Shown in pieces: positions 58,515 through 64,000 of a DNA stretch of 64,000 bases. The stretch lies in NCBI GenBank assembly GCA_016930485.1, contig JAFGGP010000011.1, positions 51,196 to 115,195 of the forward strand, read 5' to 3'. The notes beneath the pieces were generated by a model. The model was given only the letters and a program-made list of their open reading frames with translations, made no database searches and had not been told where the DNA came from. The stretch comes from Candidatus Omnitrophota bacterium (GTDB taxonomy: Bacteria > Omnitrophota > Gorgyraeia > JAFGGP01). Positions within the stretch are counted from its first letter, which is position 1, and each line of letters begins with the position of its first letter. The translations under genes and the position numbers were made by a program.

Positions 58515-60686
58515 ATGCACAATGAAGCGGCCATGATTATCGGCGTTCTTCCCGAGCAGGGAGGCAGTATTACGTCCTACAGTTTTTCAGGTCAGGATGA
58601 GCGGCTGGTTACCTACTATCTCGGTTCGTATGCCCGCTCCTTTGATAAGACATATTTTTTCTCCTACAGGAAGGAATCAAAGGACCTGCCCGCCCGGTGC
58701 GAGCTCGCGGACAATAAGTGGGGGCTGCACCGGTGGCTCTATGGACCTCTCCTTCCGATTCTTTATAAAAGGCACTTTAGACGATGTTCGCTGTTGCGCG
58801 TGATGCAGGCAACGGGAGAGGTGCCGGCCCTTCTTGCCAAGGCATTGTTCAGGGTGCCGGTCGTGGCTACGTACGGGTATCGTTATGACCTGCATGCGCG
58901 TTTAGAGGGACACTGGTTCAGGTCGCTTCTCTTCAGACTGAGAGAGCGCATTGCGCTGCCTCGGTTTGATGCCGTTATCATTACCAATAGCGAGACATAC
59001 AGGCATGTATCGCGCTATCTTCCTCCGGAGAGGATATGGTATATCCCTAACGGGGTCGATACCGCCCTTTTTCGACCCGATCCGGAAGGGGAAAAGCAGA
59101 GTAAGGTAAAAACGGTTATTGCTGTGGGGGGATTAAGACGGCAGAAAAATTATCCCCTTTTACTCGAGGCTATTTCACGGCTGGGGAGAGGGGTAAAGCT
59201 TAAGATTATCGGAGACGGGACATTGCTGGAGGGGCTCAGGACACATGCCCGGCAGCTTAAGGTGGATGTTGAATTTACCGGGAGCATACCTCATGAAAAA
59301 CTGCCCCCCTACCTTAATCAGGCGGATGTCTTTGTAATGAGTTCTTATGCCGAGGGACATCCAAAGGCCCTCCTTGAGGCGATGAGCTGCGGCTTGCCCT
59401 GTGTCGGTGTCGCTATTGAGGGGATCAAAGATGTGATTACCGATGGCGTCAACGGTCTTGTGTGTCAGGCAGAGCCAGGAGATCTGGCGCGGGCGATCGC
59501 CCGTTTACTGGATGACAAAGCGCTTTCGCAGAGGCTGGGCGAGGAGGCCCGCCGGTCGGTACAGGAGTGCTATGAACTTACTGATCTCATCGATCAGGAG
59601 ATTGCACGCCACAGGGATTTAATCGCCTTACAGACGCGCGGCACCACATCTTCCTGGATAGCGGCTTTACGGGGTCGCATTGCACGGATTAACGGGGTCC
59701 GCGATCTTATTCATAAAGTACGGGAAAAAATCCTCAACGGGGTCTGGTCTGTTTTTACGATACGGGGGATGAAGGTGCGCGCCCTCATCAGAAAAAGAAA
59801 GCAGCACGTTTCACAGAAAAGGGCGCTGCGATTTCCCGATACGCTGCACATTGAGCTGACCAACAGGTGCAACCTTAACTGTGCCATGTGTTCGCACGAC
59901 AGGATGAAACGGATCAGAAAAGATATGGATTTTCATCTCTTTAGGTGCCTGATCGACGAATGCAGGAATTACCCGGTAGATGCGATATCGCTTTACTATT
60001 TCGGCGAGGCCCTCCTTTACCCCCACCTTCTAGAGGCTATCCGGTATGCGCATCAGACACTGGACGGTGTTCATACACGCATCCGTACCAATGCACAGCT
60101 TCTTACCGAGCGCAGGACGAGGGAGCTTTTGGCCTCGGGATTGACGGCCCTTGAGTTTTCTCTCGAGGGTTACACCAGGGAGGTCTATGAGACACTCATG
60201 AAGGGGGCATCTTACGAAGAGACCCTCGAGCGCCTCGGCAGGTATTTCCGTCTGAAGAAGGAACTGGGCATCCGCCAGCAGAACGCTATCGTGACCGTGG
60301 CCATGGATGAAACACTACCGGCGATGAAGCAGTTTGTACGCGCCTGGTCACGATTCGCGCCGGTAAGCGTTACCAGGCTCCATTCGGGTTTCGTGACAGG
60401 AGAGTCTTCTCTGCCGGGAAAAACGGCGTATCAACGCACTATACCATGCCCCGAGCCCTTTTATCACGCAATGGTTCTTTCTAACGGCGAAGTAACGTTT
60501 TGCTGCTGCGATGTCGAAGGGGCGCTCTCCATAGGCAATATCACAAGACACAATCTGCATACTATCTGGAACAGTCGGCGCGCAGAGGAGATTCGGCGCT
60601 TACACCGTGAGTGTGCGTTCGACACCCTTCCTATCTGCAGGCAGTGTTCGAACGGCATTCTCCGCCAGGGGGTCATCAGACGATGA
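58515..60686 (+). CDS. Fusion protein: N-terminal GT4 glycosyltransferase plus C-terminal radical SAM/SPASM domain
   Basis: aa 1-~380: GT4 (SSYAEGHPKALLEAMSCGLPCVGVA E-x7-E). aa ~430-723: radical SAM (TNRCNLNCAMC = CxxxCxxC; YFGEALL) followed by a Cys-rich SPASM tail (CPEPF...FCCCDVEG...CRQCSNG). One uninterrupted ORF. Confidence 0.8.
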   Translation: MHNEAAMIIGVLPEQGGSITSYSFSGQDERLVTYYLGSYARSFDKTYFFSYRKESKDLPARCELADNKWGLHRWLYGPLLPILYKRHFRRCSLLRVMQATGEVPALLAKALFRVPVVATYGYRYDLHARLEGHWFRSLLFRLRERIALPRFDAVIITNSETYRHVSRYLPPERIWYIPNGVDTALFRPDPEGEKQSKVKTVIAVGGLRRQKNYPLLLEAISRLGRGVKLKIIGDGTLLEGLRTHARQLKVDVEFTGSIPHEKLPPYLNQADVFVMSSYAEGHPKALLEAMSCGLPCVGVAIEGIKDVITDGVNGLVCQAEPGDLARAIARLLDDKALSQRLGEEARRSVQECYELTDLIDQEIARHRDLIALQTRGTTSSWIAALRGRIARINGVRDLIHKVREKILNGVWSVFTIRGMKVRALIRKRKQHVSQKRALRFPDTLHIELTNRCNLNCAMCSHDRMKRIRKDMDFHLFRCLIDECRNYPVDAISLYYFGEALLYPHLLEAIRYAHQTLDGVHTRIRTNAQLLTERRTRELLASGLTALEFSLEGYTREVYETLMKGASYEETLERLGRYFRLKKELGIRQQNAIVTVAMDETLPAMKQFVRAWSRFAPVSVTRLHSGFVTGESSLPGKTAYQRTIPCPEPFYHAMVLSNGEVTFCCCDVEGALSIGNITRHNLHTIWNSRRAEEIRRLHRECAFDTLPICRQCSNGILRQGVIRR

Positions 60687-62023
60687 ATATAGCGTTTATG
60701 ACTGAGTACTTTTCTCCGTTTGTGATCGGCGGCGCAGAGCTGAGCGCCTACGCGCTTGCCCGGGAGCTGACCGGGCGGGGGCATTCGGTGACCGTCGTTA
60801 CCCCCAACTACGGTGCCCGCGAGTACGAGGAGATCGGCGGAATCAGGATATACCGCATCGCCTTTCCGCAGAAACTGAAACCCGGCGACCAGGCCCGCTC
60901 GTTCTTCATGCACAGCGTATTCATGCAGCTGTACTTCGCGCGGTGTCTTGTCCGGATCTGCCGCCGTCATAAGATAGAAGTTATACACGCGCAACACACC
61001 AATGCCATTATCCCGGCGTTTGTAGCGGCAGCATTTACCCGGTGCCGTTCGGTGGTGACGCTCAGGGATTTTCATTCGATTACCGCCGGCAGCGTGTTGT
61101 GGCTTAACCGGCGTTCCGGCGAAGAGAACATTCAGGCTGCCGGCGGATATTTCCGGAGCGCCTTTCGATTTCAGAAATTTTTCAATCCCGATCAAAACGG
61201 TTTCGCCCGCCTAAAGGCGTGGTGCGATATCATATATCGGTGGCCGGATCTCCGGTTACGCCAGTTTTGTCTGCGCCGTTTCGATACGGTTATCGGGGTG
61301 AGCGAGAACCTCCGGGCGCTCTATTTCGAGAACGGTTTTGCCTGCCTCAAAGGCCGTTTCCGGGTTCTCTATAATATACCACCTGACTGTTCGCGGGTTC
61401 CCTATAACCCGGAGGGAATAAAGAGGAAGTATGTCATCCCGGAGGATGCCCGCGTCGTATTGTGGGCGGGCAGGCGGACGCCTGCCAAGGGGTTCGATGT
61501 TTTTCTTAGGGGTATCCCGCTGGTGCGGGACCGCCTATCGGATGTCTGTTTCGTCGTGGCGGGGAGAGGCCTTGCGTGCGATGAATCATTACAGAGTATA
61601 AGCGCCATCCGAGATCTGGGCGTTCTTCCAAATCAGGAGATTCTGAAACTGATGACAATCTCTGATGTGGTCGTTGTCCCGTCGCAGTGGGACGAGCCCC
61701 TCAGCAGAACCATGATAGAGGCCCTCTCGATGGGCAGACCGGTTATTGGTACCTCTGCCGGGGGGACACCTGAGCTGATCAGTGACGGGGAAAACGGTTT
61801 TTTGATCAGGCCGGGTGATGCCGGGGATCTGGCGGAAAAAATAGCACTCATTATCAGTGACCGCGAACTGCAAAAAAGACTGTCGCTTCGGGCAATCGAG
61901 TCAATAAGACGCATATGCAGTCCGGAGCGCATTACCGATGAGGTCCTCGCTGTATACCGGGGCGATCAGGTAGTGCAAAGGTCTCAGCCTGAGACGGCAT
62001 CTTCTTATATCGGTAGATTATGA
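60683..62023 (+). CDS. GT4-family glycosyltransferase
   Basis: ATGA overlap with the upstream gene. MNIAFMTEYFSPFVIGGAE N-terminus and a SQWDEPLSRTMIEALSMGRPVIGT E-x7-E region. Confidence 0.75.
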   Translation: MNIAFMTEYFSPFVIGGAELSAYALARELTGRGHSVTVVTPNYGAREYEEIGGIRIYRIAFPQKLKPGDQARSFFMHSVFMQLYFARCLVRICRRHKIEVIHAQHTNAIIPAFVAAAFTRCRSVVTLRDFHSITAGSVLWLNRRSGEENIQAAGGYFRSAFRFQKFFNPDQNGFARLKAWCDIIYRWPDLRLRQFCLRRFDTVIGVSENLRALYFENGFACLKGRFRVLYNIPPDCSRVPYNPEGIKRKYVIPEDARVVLWAGRRTPAKGFDVFLRGIPLVRDRLSDVCFVVAGRGLACDESLQSISAIRDLGVLPNQEILKLMTISDVVVVPSQWDEPLSRTMIEALSMGRPVIGTSAGGTPELISDGENGFLIRPGDAGDLAEKIALIISDRELQKRLSLRAIESIRRICSPERITDEVLAVYRGDQVVQRSQPETASSYIGRL

Positions 62024-63774
62024 AACAGGGATATCTTTTAAAAGAGCGGCTTCTGCTTATCGCGATTCTTATGGGCGCGCTTTTTGTGCGGGTCTATAAA
62101 GGGGGAGATCACTTTACCGGAGGAGATGAGGCCGACCGGGTGCTGTATGCCCTGCAGTTATTTCGTGGCAGCCTGTTTAGCATCGACCCTCTGTATAATC
62201 CTGTCGGAAGGCTCGTTATCTACTCCTACAGCTGGATACATATGGTGCTTTTTTCTATCGTTATCGGCCTGGCCTCTTTATTAAGGCTGCCCCTTAACGA
62301 GCTGGTTTTTTCGCTGCCCAATGTTATAGAGGGTGTGGCATCGGTGTATCTGCTTTATCTCCTGGTAAAACGGCTGTCGAATGTCCGCTCAGGGCTCCTT
62401 GCCGCACTGCTTTTAGCCATTAACCCGTTACACGTAGCCTGGTCACGTGATACCAACGAAGGGGCAATATCGCTGTTTCTTTTCATGCTTATTATCTATG
62501 CCTTTAGCCGATACTTTAGTAATCCTTCACCACAAAAAGGATGGTTTGCCTCAACCTGTTTTGGCATGTATCTGGTGCAAGATGTCAGGGCCTATTTTTT
62601 AATACCCCTTATCCCAGCATTGGGTATCTGTGAATATTATGCGACAGAAAAACGGACCGATACTGTGTCAAAAAAACAGATGCTCAAGGATGTCTTTGGA
62701 AAGCTCCTCCGGAAGGAAATTGTGCTAATGCCGCTGCTTTTTATAGGGTTTTATCTGCTTCTCCATGCAGGCTTTGTCCTGGCGGGGCATCCGGAAAAAG
62801 GGTTTTTCGGCCGCATACTCGTTAAAGACATGAACCGCTATCCTGTCTGGGGGTTTCATGGGCTGGCATTTGTGAGGGCCCTGTGGCCGAATAACGGTCC
62901 GGGCCTTGCCCTTTTTGCCCCCCTCGTTCTTCTCTATGGCATGTACCGCTCACCCGCCAATCCGCGGACAGCATTTGTAGTTCTGTGGGCATTGTTTCTT
63001 GCCCTGCCGTTTTTATTTGTTCTGGATCCTTCAACCCCTGGCATGGAGACAGAGATGCTGCAGACCTTTGTCCCGATTATTATTTTAACCGCTGTGTTTC
63101 TTGAGGAGTCCGTTAGAAGGATTACTGCCCCGCGGAGATCCCGCCTTGCCCGCGTTCTTATCCGTGTCGTGCCGATGACCATCGGTGTCTTTATCGTAGT
63201 GACGACATTTCTGGGCATGTATCTTATGGTGTATTCGGTCGAAATAAAGGGTTGGCGCCTGAGGCCTGTTTTGAGCAGTGCCCACCCCAATTACGGCATA
63301 AAGAGCGCCGGTGTCTACCTCAGGGAGAGGGCGGATAGGTATGCGCGCATTTATTCGGAAGAGGAGCTTACGAATATGATGTTTTATGCCAATAGGATAT
63401 CGTCGAACTGGAATTATAAGGACAGGGATTTTTTGCTTGTGCCGAAAATCTCTCTGCGCTACCGGGAACGGCGGTATCCTCCGTCTGAGTACCTGAGAGA
63501 TAATTATTTTCATGTGGCCGAGATTCGCTCGCAGGGCAAAGGCGTTTTGGATATTTTCGCAAAAGAGAAATTGCCGTTCGAAGTACTGGATGTCGAGACC
63601 TGTGACCGGCTCTTTGACCGGAAATACGCCAACCTTCATGAGTTGGTGAGTGCGCCGTTTTGCTCGACCCAGATCGCGCAGAATCGGCTGCATTTTGAAA
63701 AAATGGACGAGGTATATCAAAAATGGATTACGGCGGTCAAGGAGGATGTAAAGGCACAGGAAACTATCCGGTAA
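62020..63774 (+). CDS. GT-C fold polytopic membrane glycosyltransferase (ArnT/PMT_2-like)
   Basis: At least 12 TM helices. First periplasmic loop GGDEADRVLYALQLF is a DE...Y motif as in ArnT/GT39. A C-terminal soluble domain of about 180 aa follows. Confidence 0.55.
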   Translation: MKQGYLLKERLLLIAILMGALFVRVYKGGDHFTGGDEADRVLYALQLFRGSLFSIDPLYNPVGRLVIYSYSWIHMVLFSIVIGLASLLRLPLNELVFSLPNVIEGVASVYLLYLLVKRLSNVRSGLLAALLLAINPLHVAWSRDTNEGAISLFLFMLIIYAFSRYFSNPSPQKGWFASTCFGMYLVQDVRAYFLIPLIPALGICEYYATEKRTDTVSKKQMLKDVFGKLLRKEIVLMPLLFIGFYLLLHAGFVLAGHPEKGFFGRILVKDMNRYPVWGFHGLAFVRALWPNNGPGLALFAPLVLLYGMYRSPANPRTAFVVLWALFLALPFLFVLDPSTPGMETEMLQTFVPIIILTAVFLEESVRRITAPRRSRLARVLIRVVPMTIGVFIVVTTFLGMYLMVYSVEIKGWRLRPVLSSAHPNYGIKSAGVYLRERADRYARIYSEEELTNMMFYANRISSNWNYKDRDFLLVPKISLRYRERRYPPSEYLRDNYFHVAEIRSQGKGVLDIFAKEKLPFEVLDVETCDRLFDRKYANLHELVSAPFCSTQIAQNRLHFEKMDEVYQKWITAVKEDVKAQETIR

Positions 63775-63784
63775 AGGAATATAC

Positions 63785-64000
63785 ATGAATACGCATATCG
63801 CATCTATAAGTAACACAAGGCCTCACAGCGGGACAGGGACCACCAACGAATTAGCGGTTATTATCCCTGTTTATAACGAGGCAGACGGCGTAGAAAAAAA
63901 TATCGGAGACTGGATCAGGGCGTTATCCAGGCTCGGTATCAGATATCGTATTTTTGCCATCAATGACGGATCGACGGATGCAACCGGGGCTATTTTGGAA
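63785..64000 (+). CDS. GT2 polyprenyl-phosphate sugar transferase (DPM1/ArnC-like), 3'-truncated at the window edge
   Basis: LAVIIPVYNEADGVEKNI...YRIFAINDGSTDATGAILE closely parallels the N-terminus of the gene at 39869. Confidence 0.6.
   Translation, partial: MNTHIASISNTRPHSGTGTTNELAVIIPVYNEADGVEKNIGDWIRALSRLGIRYRIFAINDGSTDATGAILE

Noticed and set aside
1-64000. CRISPR arrays, tRNA/rRNA genes, IS elements and integrases
   Set aside because: No direct-repeat or spacer periodicity, no tRNA-like GTTC/T-loop candidates in the gaps, and no transposase or integrase-like ORFs were seen. Compositional evidence for horizontal transfer (low-GC island 19123..22628) is not accompanied by mobility genes.

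Overview
This 64 kb window is one almost gap-free, plus-strand-only array of about 55 genes (roughly 53-55% GC). No convincing minus-strand gene, rRNA, tRNA, CRISPR array or IS element was found. It reads as a giant cell-envelope glycan locus. In order it contains: a 5'-truncated MalK-like ABC ATPase; two tandem GAF-GGDEF diguanylate cyclases; a ROK sugar kinase; a Trm112-like mini-ORF (absent from the ORF track) followed by LptD; nucleotide-sugar enzymes (Ugd, a cupin, a TviB/WbpA-like 6-dehydrogenase, a TviC/WbpP-like epimerase); surface-polysaccharide export proteins (Wzi-like, a 954-aa Wza-like protein with 6 SLBB repeats, a kinase-less Wzz-like protein); a complete CMP-pseudaminic acid pathway (PseB, PseC, GNAT/PseH-like, PseG, PseI, plus a cytidylyltransferase fused to a class-III aminotransferase, and an aldo-keto reductase) sitting partly on a low-GC island; a tailoring module (two zinc-ribbon methyltransferases, a phosphoesterase, an ATP-grasp enzyme, a formyltransferase and an LmbE deacetylase); a WaaA/KdtA-family GT30, a Wzx flippase and a KpsS-like transferase; a split-ArnA-type 4-amino-sugar lipid-carrier pathway (SDR, formyltransferase, ArnC-like GT2, ArnT-like GT-C, NodB/ArnD-like deacetylase, DegT aminotransferases); a WbpB/WbpE-like oxidoreductase-aminotransferase pair; many GT4 and GT2 glycosyltransferases; four GT-C-like polytopic membrane proteins; and two paralogous radical-SAM/SPASM proteins, one fused in-frame to a GT4 glycosyltransferase. 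The rSAM-glycosyltransferase pairing, the multi-GT-C/Arn-like lipid-carrier system and the decorated pseudaminic acid module are the candidate undescribed system. All functional calls come from motifs read by eye, with no database searches run.
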